This document shows positions 28,400-43,100 of a stretch of 64,000 bases of DNA, in pieces. The DNA comes from Guillardia theta CCMP2712. Its lineage: Eukaryota > Protista > Cryptophyta. The translations under genes and the position numbers were made by a program. Positions within the stretch are counted from its first letter, which is position 1, and every line of letters begins with the position of its first letter. The notes beneath the pieces are model-generated. The model made no database searches and was not told the origin of the DNA. It saw only the letters and a list, made by a program, of their open reading frames with translations. The stretch lies in contig NW_005434477.1 of the NCBI RefSeq assembly GCF_000315625.1, positions 17,317 through 81,316 on the forward strand. The letters are read 5' to 3'.

Positions 28400-29520
28400 A
28401 AGAGGGGGTAGTATGTCAGATAGGGGGAGTACAGAGGGTAGGGTTATGAAACGTAGGGGTAGGGTACTTTGTGATCTGGGGTGTTGGTGATCATGAATGT
28501 CATCAACTTCCCTACTTCAACTAGAAGCAAAATTGCACAAGGCTATGGCTGGTCCTTCCCACGTGAGATGTAGATGAGACTTTTCCAGGGGCGGGTACTA
28601 CCTATGGGACCTGGGTTTTGCGTGAGTACATGTTCTAGAGGGGGTAGGGTACTGTTTACCTTTGACAATCTACATATGAATTTGTATCACACTACCCCAC
28701 CCCCTCTTTTCTAGATCGACAATCAGTCACATGAGGCGTCACCGTCTGAGGACAAACCACCTACCCCCATTAAGATCACCACCCTAGTACCCCCATGGAC
28801 CATCATGGGGACGGGGTCTGAATTCTTAGCTTGTGAAGGGCACAGAAGGAAACCGGGGTACTAGTACCCCCTTGTTGTAACCAACGTGCAAAGGGAGCAC
28901 ACCGGGTACTTTTGTTAAACCTTTGCTGAGAGATGACCCACCCACCCCAGGACATTCGATGAATTCTACTCCACCCCTTATGGGAACCATAAACCACCCA
29001 CCGGTACCAGCTACTACTGCATGTCTCGCATACCCCTGCAGTTCTGTCCCTTTCTTCAACACCCACCAGTTCGAGGTTAAAATGAACTGCAGGTACCGGG
29101 TGCTCTTCCAACCCCTTGATCCCCACCCCTCCTTTTCTCCCATTTCTGGTACTTACCCCACCCTCAAAATCTCAAACAATCGTATACCCCTACCCCCTCT
29201 TTGTGTATAAATCACCCCCTTTCAGCCTCATTTATTGCCTACCCCCATTTTCTCACACCCCACGATTCCTGCAAACGACCCTACCCCAACTTCTCCCACA
29301 CTGTGTTGATCTCCACCCCTGCAAAATACTACCCCACCCTCAAATATTTCCTACCCACCCTACCTTTTGTACACTACCCCGTAGTTGCAGATCTCTCCCT
29401 CTAAACGAGACACAGTACCTTTGTAGAACCGGTGACTACCCCTACCATCTTGAATTCACCCCTACCCACACAATCATCCCATATCACCTCACCCTGTGGT
29501 GAACGGGTACCTACCCCCAC
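28400..29520. other. GGGGTA/TACCCC-motif-rich island between divergent FKBP and HECT genes
   Basis: GGGGTAGGGT words on the plus strand at 28400-28650, switching to mainly TACCCC from ~28690. Confidence 0.65.
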
Positions 29521-30324
29521 CCCAATGTGTTGCCAGCCACAATCACTATGCGGCAATTAGTGCGGCCATGCCAAGCAGCTCGTGCCGCGATTGTCGCAGA
29601 GAGACATGGGCGTTTTTACCTCGTGCATTTTCCTTCATTCGCCATCCTCCATCATCTTCCCCCCCTTTCCACACATCTCCCCAATGTATACTGCACCCAG
29701 CTCTTTGTTCCTGGCTGAGCCTACCAAGAATGTTTGATACTTTGTTATCGAACAGCGTTTTCTTCATTCAAGTTTTGCTGCCAGATATGTTGAGCTCTTC
29801 CTGAAAATATTTCTTGTTGTTTGGATCTCATGCATTTGTGCTCCTCCTCCTTCTTCCTTATCCCTTGGATGCCCCAATTTCTTTGCTCGTTGCACTTTGT
29901 TGACGTGGTATATTTCGCCTCCTCCCCCTACCCCAGCTCGCCCAGTGAATCTTCAAACCTGTCTCTCGTCTTTGTTGATCTCCGAAGTGGCTGGCTACCA
30001 CTTGTCTTGCTTCTTGTGTCCTCTGCCTCCTGCAGCTCTTTTTCCAATGAACATTATGTTTCGCCTACCTTCCCACTTCACAATTCCTCTGGGTGTTGGT
30101 TTTTCTTAGTTTTCTTGTCTGTATTGATGTCATCGTCAATTTTTTGGTTCCTGCTATGTTCAACTTTATGACACGACCCTCTTTGTGTATTGCGAACTGG
30201 TGGCACTTCATGATTAGCCTCGAAAGTTTTGACACAATTCCTTAGTGCGTCAAGAAAGCAGAATATGACCTTTACGCAGGAGCTCCGTCTGGGACGAGCA
30301 AGTTAGCTCTCCTGTGCAGGAGAA

Positions 30325-33300
30325 ATGGAAGAGGGATCGAGAGATCTCCGAGGTAGGCCTACACGAAAGAGGCAGACGGATGTCCCCCCTGAAGTGCCGA
30401 GATCTACTCGGCGAAGAAAAGTGGAAAGTGAGGGCGATGTGACACTGACCTCCACTCCTTCTCTTCGTGAAAGACGGCAAGATACCCAGGAGAGTTCAGA
30501 AGGGAAGAGGACAAGATCCTCAACGGCATCGCACTCCTCACCTGCAGCTGAGGATGAGATCAGCCTCCCAAGAGTGACAAGAAACAACAGGGAGGTCACC
30601 AACAAGAGAGAGGCTGGGAAAGATGCAGAGACAAAATCTGAAACCAAGAGTAGAGCAAAAAAATCAGAGAAGAACTCAGATGTGACTTTGTCTACTGCGA
30701 CTATGTCTGGTCGACCGCCTTCGTTGAGCAACATTTTTGGTATTTAGCTCAAGATTTGTTTGGCCAAATTTCATACCAATCTTTTCTCAGGTTCTCTTGG
30801 ATCTTCTGTGACTGGCTCATCATCAGATGCTTGCACGCTGAATAATCTGCGCAGATTATTAGGAGGGATTGGTCAGTTTGTTTCCATGACGTCTCCTGCT
30901 GCTCACAATCTCGTAGGTGCAAGCTTTGACTTACCCATGTCTGCTGGATTAATGAGAGGATTGAGTCCTCGATTTCGGTTTGTGCCACATATTTTTGGGA
31001 GAATTGTTACTGAAGATATCGGTAGGACTCTGCTGGATGGGCTGAAAGCTGATGGCGACATCACCAGACAAGAGGATGCATTGAATCAGTTGTGTGAAGT
31101 TTTGTGTATGGCAACAGAAGACACCCTGCAAGGCTTCAGCGTTGAAAGCTTTCTTCCTTCACTGATCAAGCTGATTGGCTGTGAATTGTCGCCCGAAATC
31201 ATGTTACATGCATGCAGGGCTATTCAGTACATCATGGAAATCATCCCGCAGTCTTCATCTGCGGTTGTACAGTTTGGGAGCATCCCTCCTCTATGTTCCA
31301 AACTCAAATCCATCGAATATATCGATGTTGCTGAACAGGCATTGCTCACCTTACACAAGATATCAAAGGATCATGCAGTGCATTTGTTACGAGCTGAGGG
31401 TGTTTCTGCGGTTCTGTCATTTCTAGATTTCTTCCCTATCACTGTTCAGCGAACTGGGATGACGACAGTTGCCAACATGTGTCGAAGAGTTAATTCGGAT
31501 ACCTTACCTTTGGTCGTGGATTCTATTCCCAATCTATCACAGATGATCTTGCATTCTGATGGTGAATTGCTCTTGCTGATTTGAAATGTTTGCTGAATGA
31601 TCTTGTACAGCAAAGCTCGTTGAACAAGTGTGCACAGCATTTTGCAGGCTCGTTAGTTGCTTTCAGGAACTGAAACTTAAACTTCAGATAGACTTCGTTT
31701 CTGACTCTTGCTTTTTGATATACAGGGACAGCAGTCTGCCCTCGAACAGATAGCGGCACACGGGCTGATCCCCAATATTTGGCGATTGGTTTCAAGGTAG
31801 TGTGTTGACCAAGTCTTGATATTTATTGCATGACTGTTGGCCATAGTTATCTATCAGATGGTAACAGCGTCAGTGAGGTTGAAAGTGGCCGAGTTGCAAC
31901 GTTCGGACAAGAAATGTGTGTTCAATTGTTGCACATGCTTGCTATCTTGGGAAATGCTTCGCCGATGTTGGGCTTGTCCTTACTGCAGCAGCAGAATGTT
32001 GGACAGGTTGGTGTTCTTGCTTGCTATGAGTTTTCCTGCTTGATTTCACTTCAACTAATTTCTTGCCTGCAGATCTTGAAGAGTAAAATCCTGACGGATC
32101 GTAATGGCGAATCCTCGACAGGAACTGAACGCAGGAGAAGCAGAGTTGAAATCTCTATCAAAATCGCACCAGAGCTCCTGAGGGCCATCATGGCGCTGAC
32201 CACGTCCTTGCTTCCGAACCTTCCTCCTCTTCCACCGAAAGAGAGCGTACGTGAATCAAAAGCAGGTTCAAAAGGAGGGACCAAGAAGAAGGGCTCCCCC
32301 ACATCTTCAAATGCGACTAAAGCAACAGCGGATGAAAGTCACTGGGCCACCAACAGTCAAGTGATGCAAAGCTTTGGTGAACAGATGTTGGAAGCCGTCT
32401 TGTCCTCAGCTTCCGTTTCCATTGACAGCCAGCTGCGATACGATTCTCTTGCAGCTCTGTCAACACTCTGCTATTACATGCCAGAAGAAAAGATCAGGGA
32501 ACTAGTGCCTCAAGACAATATTTGCGAACTTATCTCGATGTTGCTGGCTTCTGAGTCAAATGGAATGCGATTCTTTGCGCTTGTCTTGATACATAACTTG
32601 ATTTCGAAGTGTCAGGATGTGTATATGCCTTTGTTGTGCAGAGAAGGCATTGTTTTTACAGTGCACAAACTTATGAAGGAGAATCGCTCTAAGAACAATT
32701 CGCTCGGTTCTTCGAAGGATGATAAGATCAGTTCATCGCCTGGAAATCCCATTTTAGAGAGGACAAACATTCCGGGGATCTCCAGAGCTCCTTGTCCCAG
32801 GGATAGCAAGAATGAAGCAAAATATGGTCCGATGCTGACTTTTGTATGCACGAAATATTTCCCAAAGACCGATGATAAAGAGGATGCTTGTGGAGGCTTA
32901 ACTCCGCTGGTCAGTAAGTTGAAAGAACTGGGATCTTCTTTGTTGGAAGCAGCAGGAAAAGAAGATGAGCAGAGTGCCTATCAATACCTGGAGCAGATCC
33001 TGAGTCACTTCGATGATAGTGCAACGGTCTCCACATTCGAAATGCGCTGCTCTGGGATATGCGAAACTATCCTCAATTATCTCACGTCCAAGGGAGGCGA
33101 TGGTAATGAACAATCAGAAAGAGCAAGATCTAGCGCCGAATCAGATAGATCACGATCACGATCAAGAAATGCTCCTCGTGGTGAACCAAAGAAGGAGAAA
33201 AGCATAAACCCAAGCAAGGAGATCTTGGAAGCAAGGCGGCAGAAGTTTTTCTCCATAGTGATGAACACGAAATCTGGAACTGATGGTCATGTTACCTGCC

Positions 33301-36300
33301 CCGCGAAAGTGTTGATACACAAACTTGTCGCTGCATTGAATAACACAGATGGGTTTTGGCTAGACCCTGCAGTCATTTCTTCAGAATCAGAAGCATCTGG
33401 AGTGAGGCAGCCAAGGATGATGATGCAGGCGCTTAGATTGAAGTTCCAGAGGAGCGCGAGGGGCGCATCTTCTCTCAAGGATTATGCCAATCCGGTTGTA
33501 ATTGACCCTTCTGCAAGTGTATCTGCCATCCATGACTTCCTGTGGCCAAAAGTTCGATCAAGAAACAGCGATGGTATGCTTGTGTCAAGTAGATTTCTTG
33601 GCTTGGATGCCGGTGAGACTGTTCGCGCTTCTGCAAGCACCAGGAGAAGCTTAGATGATGAGAGTCAATCTGAAGCAGTTTCGAGACAATCGGCTCAGGC
33701 TTCTGAATCAGCGAGTGCGTCTGCTACCAGAGCAAGCCGAACGAGGCGAGACGTGGCAAAAAGCTCGAATCCTGCCCCGAGGGCGAGGGAGAGTAACAGC
33801 TCTCGAGCTTCAAGAGAGACTGCGAGTACTTCACGTGGAGATGAATCATTGCAATATCTACAGAGTTACTTCGCAGGTTCGAATTCAACTGACCTTGGCC
33901 TAGAGTCTTCGATGAATGCCATGAGTGATGGAGAAGGAGAAGGTGACGCTGAAGGAGATGAGATGGAGCTAGAGAACGTGGTGAGGGCGACCTTATTCGG
34001 TGAAGAGGGCATGGATGATGAAGATGTGTTCGAGGGAGAGATGGAGGAGGATATCCTACTTGATGACAGCATGGAAGATCCTGTGGAAGAGAACCAGATG
34101 GAAGTTCTAGACATCCACGTCTCCAACTCATCCAACCCACAGCCAAATCAATCCAGTGCTGCGGTTGATCAATCGAGGGAATCCCAGTCTGCCTCGCGGT
34201 CGTCCAGGTCAGGTCGTACCAACAGTCAGCGACAGACGGAATCCGTATCAAGCAGGGAGCCACCAGCCAGTCATTCTTCAGAACCACCAGCAGCAGCTGA
34301 CTTGGAAGCAGCATCGAGATTGAATGTAAACAACAGGCCAGGGGGAGCTACAAGCGGACCATTCTTGCGCCTGGCCGTTGGTGGAATCGAGCTGGCAAAC
34401 CATGACATGTCAATTCTTGAGGCAGTTTTGCAGTCATTGAGCACTTCCAAGTCCCAGACTTCTTTGCAGGAAGTGCAGATTTCACTCTGGAACCGGATAC
34501 ATGTTATCGAATATGCGCTACAAGGCAACGAGAGGTCGAGATGGAAGTCAATGAAGCAGCCAAATTCAGGAATATTAGGCCTGGACGTCACCCAACAAAG
34601 CACACTGGTCACGGTGAGGACTTGTTGTCATAATTGTTCCTTTCTCATATTTGACTCGAGCAGTCGAGGGCTTGGTCGCTTCTGGATACCTCTATTAGTG
34701 CGAATCGCTTCTCAGATGATAAGGGGATCCCGGAGACAACCAAGGCGATGCTGCGCTTGATCACTATGCTCTTCACCATTAACTCGGACCTCCCACTGAC
34801 TGACCCGTGAGGAAGATTGTTTCTCGTGCCGTTGTGATGTGACTCTGTCTGCCAGGCGGCGAGTGAAGCCGAACGAGATGATTGTGGGTAACTTGTCGTT
34901 CAAGGCATCGCTGATGGTACGAGATCCCCTGCTCCCCTATATCCACAAAGTTCCTCAATGGATCAAAGTGCTGCTGGTGGATTATCCATTCCTCCTTGGG
35001 CATGACGTGCGGCAAACGTACTTCGACCACGAGGCTTTCGGTGTTCTATCAGTTCTTCGAAGCTTGTCTCGACACGACGGTAGAGAGCGGCATCCTGGAC
35101 AATCTCGTCCACGTCAGAAGGTGATGTCAATGTCTTTTCTGGATTTCTGATCTAGACAAGCTGCTTTATCCAGCTGCTGTACCTTCCTGCCATTTGACGT
35201 TTGATGTTTGGCTCAGGTGAGAGTTGGCCGCAAGCACATCTTGGAATCCGCCAAGAGAGTCATGGAGGTTTTCAACCAACACAACATTCCTCAAGGGTCT
35301 TCCTTGGAGATCGAGTTCTCTGGAGAAGTTGGGACTGGAAAGGGCCCGACACAAGAATTTTTCACTTATTTTTGCCGGTGAGCCTATCGAACCGATGATG
35401 ATGGTCACGTTTGACTGTGCGCTTTCAGGGAGGTGCAACTGAGATCGCTCGGCTTGTGGTGGGACTCGACGAACTCTGACGCGACTCACTTCTGTCCGGC
35501 CAACGGTCTCTTTCCTGCACCTCTGAACCCTCTGGCGTCCGAGGCTGACCGCACAAAGAAGTTGGAGGCATTCGAGGTAAATCGAGTTTACTTGCCTTTG
35601 TTGCAATCTGGTGCTGTTGGCATGACCGATCTTTGACAATTCACTCAAGGTCATTGGATGGATTTGCGCAAAGGCGATTCATGATGGGCGGCTACTGGAT
35701 CTCCCGATCTCTGGTCCCTTCAGCCGAGTTCTTCTTGGGCACCCGTTGGAGGAAGGCGACTTGAAACTCCTCGCTCCTGAGGTGACGTGAACATTAAGGA
35801 AGAAATGCCTGTCCTGACAGCTAGCAGATCTATGAGAACTGGAAGCGCTTCAAGGCGATTGCCGACGAGAAAAAGAGGATCGAAAGCGACAATTCATTAA
35901 CAGCTGAGGATAAGGTGAATGCGAAGGCTCTCTGGTTGTTTGTCGCAACTGACATCGACTTGTAATTACAGGCTGCAAGAATCAAGGCTCTCACTGTAGA
36001 TGGTGCAGCCCTCGAGGATCTCTCGATCGTCTTCACCGTCCCAGGCTATGACATGCCTTTGAAGTGATTGATCTCCCAGGAAGTAAAATCAACGCTGACC
36101 AAGTCTCAGGACCAACGGGGAGAACGAAGTTGTTAGTCTTGAAAATGTGGAGGAGTACGTGCGGCTGCTGCCTCAAGTATGTTGGAGACCCGAGGCCATT
36201 GCAATCTCACCTTGAGCGGCAGATCATCCTAGTTGATGGGGTTCAGCCTCTCTTCGACAGCTTCCGGAAGGGCTTCAGGTACGAGGACAGACATCTTGGA

Positions 36301-37059
36301 CTGCGAAGCTGAACTGCTGGCTAGTCGTGTCTTCAAGGTTGAATTCCTCCAAGTTTTCTGCGTCGATGAGCTCAGGGAGGTGTTTGCGAGCGACAATGTG
36401 ATTCTCTTCGTCCTCTCCCACGCGCGCGGGTTGACTTCCACCACCAGGGCTTGCTGGACTGGAACCCGGATACCTTGCTGCACGTCTTCAAGTTTGAACA
36501 TGGGTAAAGTCATGTCGAGGCCAAGGAAACAGCGCTGAAAATCTCACGTGCAGATACAAGACGACAAGCCCGGCAGCGCGGCAACTCGTTGAAGTTCTGG
36601 CTGAACTCCCCCTTGAATCCAAGAGAAAGTTCCTCAGCTTCTGCACTGGCTGCCCCCGCCTGCCAGTTGGAGGTGACGCGTCCAGCTCTGTCTGTCACTC
36701 CATGACTAGACTCGCAGGATTCGCTGCCTTGAAGCCTCCGCTAACCGTCGTCAAGAAAGAACTTCCACAAGATGCTGCGCAGAATATGTTGGACCAGCAG
36801 CTCCCATCGGTATGACTTCCGCTCCCTCCATCCGCTCCCTCCCTCGGTCCCTCCATCCGCGCGACTCTTCTTCCTCTGTTCGTGTATGATGGTCCCACAG
36901 GTCATGACATGTGCCAACTATCTCAAACTGCCCGAGTACAGTTCGCCCAGGCAAGCGACTTTCTCTCTTTGTGCTTCACTGACTGCGAGCTACAGCATCA
37001 TGAAAGAACGTCTTTGTGTAGCGTTTCAAGAGGCGAACGGCAGCTTTCACCTCTCATGA
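30325..37059 (+). CDS. HECT E3 ubiquitin ligase, TRIP12/Ufd4/UPL3 family
   Basis: ARM region QEDALNQLCEVLCMATED…IEYIDVAEQAL…VLSFLDFF. VSTFEMRCSGI. HECT region LEIEFSGEVGTGKGPTQEFF, GLFPAPL, FCTGCPRLP, LKPPLTVVKK and catalytic VMTCANYLKLPEYSS…GSFHLS*. Confidence 0.95.
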
Positions 37060-37402
37060 TTCCTTGACTCTTCATGTCCACATTGCAGGTACAGTTTTCA
37101 GAAAAGAATCGTGTAGTAGCGGTTGACGAGTTTGCAGATGTACAACCTTGTAAAAAGATTCGGTGTCTCACAATTTTAGCAACTATGAGCCTAGAAGGAT
37201 GTTGCAGACCTATGCAACCTTGTACGTTCAGCGTGGAAAGCCTTGTATTTTCGCAAGACTTCCCGTTGATCTGCAGGATCCTCCAAAGATTTATGTAGAT
37301 GCAGATCGAAATCAATGTCGCAGAAAACAAACTCACTCATCAACTCTCAGTCTTATCACTTAGTTTACATACATTCAAAGATCACAAGTTGTCAGCGTCT
37401 GC

Positions 37403-39425
<2,023 letters not shown>

Positions 39426-39855
39426 ATTTGTATGGCTCTTTTGGGGATCAGAGGGGAGATGTAACGATGAAACTCATTCTTGCAGGATCCTGAAGCAATA
39501 TATGTCAGTCTCTATCTCCTCTCTCCCCTGTCCCATTCCTCTGTTTGTTTCCTCTCCCCTTGTTATCCTTTCTTGTTCTGGTCTCCCCCTCTCTCCTCCT
39601 TTGATCAATCGTTTCCTCGCCTCCTCTGTCCTCCTCTGTCCTCCTCTCCTCTCCTCTCCTCTCCTCTCCGTCTCTCATTTTGCTGCATTTTTTTCCCGCC
39701 AAGGGAGTAAAACTCTGCAAACAATAAAAAAATCTTGTAAAACCTCGAAGTTTTTCGCTGTAAAGGATAAAAAACATTTGAGTCTCCCCGACCGTCGGAC
39801 ACACTCACCGGGTCGATTTTGTAGGAAAGAAACTTCAGTGACTTGGTTCAAGTCA

Positions 39856-39993
<138 letters not shown>

Positions 39994-40150
39994 GGAACTC
40001 GGAGGGAGCAATCAGTCGTGCCGTGTCGATTCATAGTTGTCATGAAGAGGTCCGCGGGCTCATTGCAGCATTCCAACAAGACAAGATTAATTTAATCTGA
40101 TTAACATTGAGGTTCATACTTCATATTCACATTATGTTAGAAGAGACTTG

Positions 40151-43100
40151 CTAGGAGGTTCTGTCTTCGGTGATGATCACGTGCAAAGTATGCGACGACT
40201 TCCTACGCGCCTCCTCCATCGTCGCCGCCTCTACCTTGGCGTCTTCACCGGCGTGCGCCACTCGCATCCCCTGCTTTCGCTTCCTCGACATGGTTGAAAT
40301 GGCCCCGAAGAGCTTTGTGGCATCTCCAACGAGGCTGACGAGGATCATGGGGGCGATCGAGACGATGAGGAAGGTGACGTACAAGTTGTTGAGACCTGCT
40401 GTTTCAATCCTCCCAAACGACGAGAGCAGGAATGAGAGGCAGATCCCCATGTTGCCTGTCGCTGCAGCGATGTGCGACAGCCATGCCAGCCGGTCGATCT
40501 GAGGGGAGAAGAGGAGGAGCAAGATGAGATCGACGGCCATGAAGACTGACATGCTCAGGGTCCTCAGAATGTCGGTGAAGGCAAGCAAAGAAGTAGCCAA
40601 CGAGTACACGATCCGCATGCCAACGGAGTACAAGCCATACCACCAGGCATGCTTGCAGACTTCTTCCAACAACACCCCGAATCGCTTCATGTACAGCCAT
40701 GACTCCAAGTGCCGCTCCGCCGCCTCGTCGACAGTCCACTCGCCTCGCGCAAACAAGGTGCTCATAGAAGCAGCAGCAGCGAACAGAGAAGTCGCTGACG
40801 CTTGCTTCACCGCAGTCTTCGCTTCACTCAAGGCTTGCTTCTGGGTTCTCTCTTTCCACAGGATCTTCGAATCATACCCGCACGTGAAGTAGGTCATGAA
40901 GGTGAACTCTGCCAGCACTGCCAGCAGGGCGACATATCCAAACACAACGTAGACGGTACATCCGCTAGTCATCGCCAGAGCAGCCGCAAGTGACAGCCCT
41001 TGAATCTGAGTGATGGCAACTGGCAGCTCCCAGGAGAGGAAGGGAGTGGTCAGGACCTCTTCGTCTGACCTGATTCTCTTCCAGAGCACGTACAAGTAGC
41101 TCAGGTGGACGCGGAAAAGAGCTGAGAACAGCAAGGACAGGAGGCAAGCAACGAAGGTAGACAGCAGCTCGTTGTCAGACCTCATAGCGTTGCCGCAGCT
41201 GCCCTCCTCCTTGACGTCAGGGAAGAAGGAGAAGAAGTAGTAGTTGGACCAGCGCAGGCCCCCTGCCAGCGACGTGATCTCCTCAGTCCGAGCTCCTCCT
41301 GCGATAAGATCGCTCATCGCTATGAACTGAGTCTGCAGGATCAGAGAGAGGGCGAGGGAGGCGCTTCGACCAGTCGACGCAGAAGAAGTCGCCGAGGTGG
41401 TTGCTGATGTTGATGCTGACACAGACGCTGATGCTGTTGCCCCGCTTACTGACGACAGGGCAGGAAGGGCAGTCGACACCATGGCACTTGTCACGATCGA
41501 CGTGGTTGCCATGACAGTAGAGGTTGTGATCACCTTTGTGACAACAGAAACTGTCTCGGGAGTCAACGACGAGTTACTCGCCCTGGTTGGTAGTGGAGTT
41601 GTTGTAGCAGCAACGGGCCGTTGGGTCTGAGGAGGAGGAGGAGGAGGAGTTGTGATGACCCTTGACGATACAGCCGTATGAGCTGCAGGGACTGAGACAG
41701 GTGTCATGACCTTTGACGCGGTCGAGACAACAGATCCCGTCTGAGAGCCATACGGCAGATTGCTGGTTGTTGGCGACGCAACAGTCGTTACATGGGCAAC
41801 AAGTGAAGGAGTCTGAGTAGTTGTGATAACCCTGGTTATAGTCGAAGTTGATCGTGCAGAAATAGTAGACGTTGCAGCTGATGCTTCAACCGTTGTCGAA
41901 CTTGTGGGAGGTTTTGTAGAAATAGTTGATGTTGTAGACGTGGAGAGAGGAGTGGTGGAAGGTTGTAGTGAAGTATGTTCAGTTGACATCTGTTCGTCTA
42001 TCATTGCATTTGTTAGATTCCTCAGCTCGTTCGAACACTCCGGCAGCGTCTCATCTACATAACCATACAGCAAGAAATGTCCCACAACGTTTCCATGCGC
42101 AAATCGCTGGTCTGTGAACCCTGCAAGCACCTCGCCCACCTCGAAACTCCAGGTTGCATTGTAGCAAGGCAACGAGTGACCTCGAAGCAAGATGGTCGTG
42201 TAAGGAGAAATTCCTAGTTGCGATGAGATTGACGCTACAGGGTTGTCGTAGAGGTCAAGAAATTCAAGGAACATTGAGACGCCGTTGAAACTTCCGTCTT
42301 GAAGGTTGACAATCCTGTTGTTTGAAAGATCCAGTTCGTTCAAGTTTGATAGACCATAGAACGCTCCTGTTGCGATGTTTGCGATCTGGTTGCCTGACAA
42401 GTCCAGCATGTTCAAGTGTGCCATGTGAAGGAAGGCTCCTGCTGGGACGCTTGTGATGCGGTCGTTGATGATGTAGAGCTCGATCAGCTGTGACAAGTTG
42501 CTGATTGACGTGGCTGGCACCTCGGTCAGCCGGTTGTCAATGAGATACAACTCCTCCAAGTTTGAAAGCCCGTCAAAAGTTCCTGCTGGCAGATCTTGAA
42601 GCTGATTGTGCGCGATCCACAGGACCTGCAAGGACGAGAGCCTGCTGAACATGCCTGGATGTACTGAGAGTTGGTCAAAGTTGTACAGATACAAGTTGGT
42701 CAACTGCGTCAGCTCGGTCAGGACGCATCCGGTCAACGTTGTATCGTCATCCCCGACAGACTTGTACAGGTAGAGCGCTTTCAGTGCCTGAAGCCTCTCG
42801 AGGTTCTGGTGGCAGAGAGGCCTGAGAACCTCCGAGTCCGTTCCAAGGCCAACCAAGCTCGTCATGTTCAAGGTCTCGATCTGCACGCTTGTCAGCAGGT
42901 TGTGCTCGAGCAGAAGGATCTGAATGCTGACGAGGCCCTGGAAGGCTCCCGCAGAGACCTCAATGAGCAGGTTGTTGCTGAGGGACAAGAACTTGAGGTG
43001 TGTGAGCGATTGAAAGCCATGGACTGGAAGGGTTGTGATGAAATTGTTGTCCAACGACAGGGAGGACAAGGCAGATAGATCAGCAAAACAATCAACCGGC

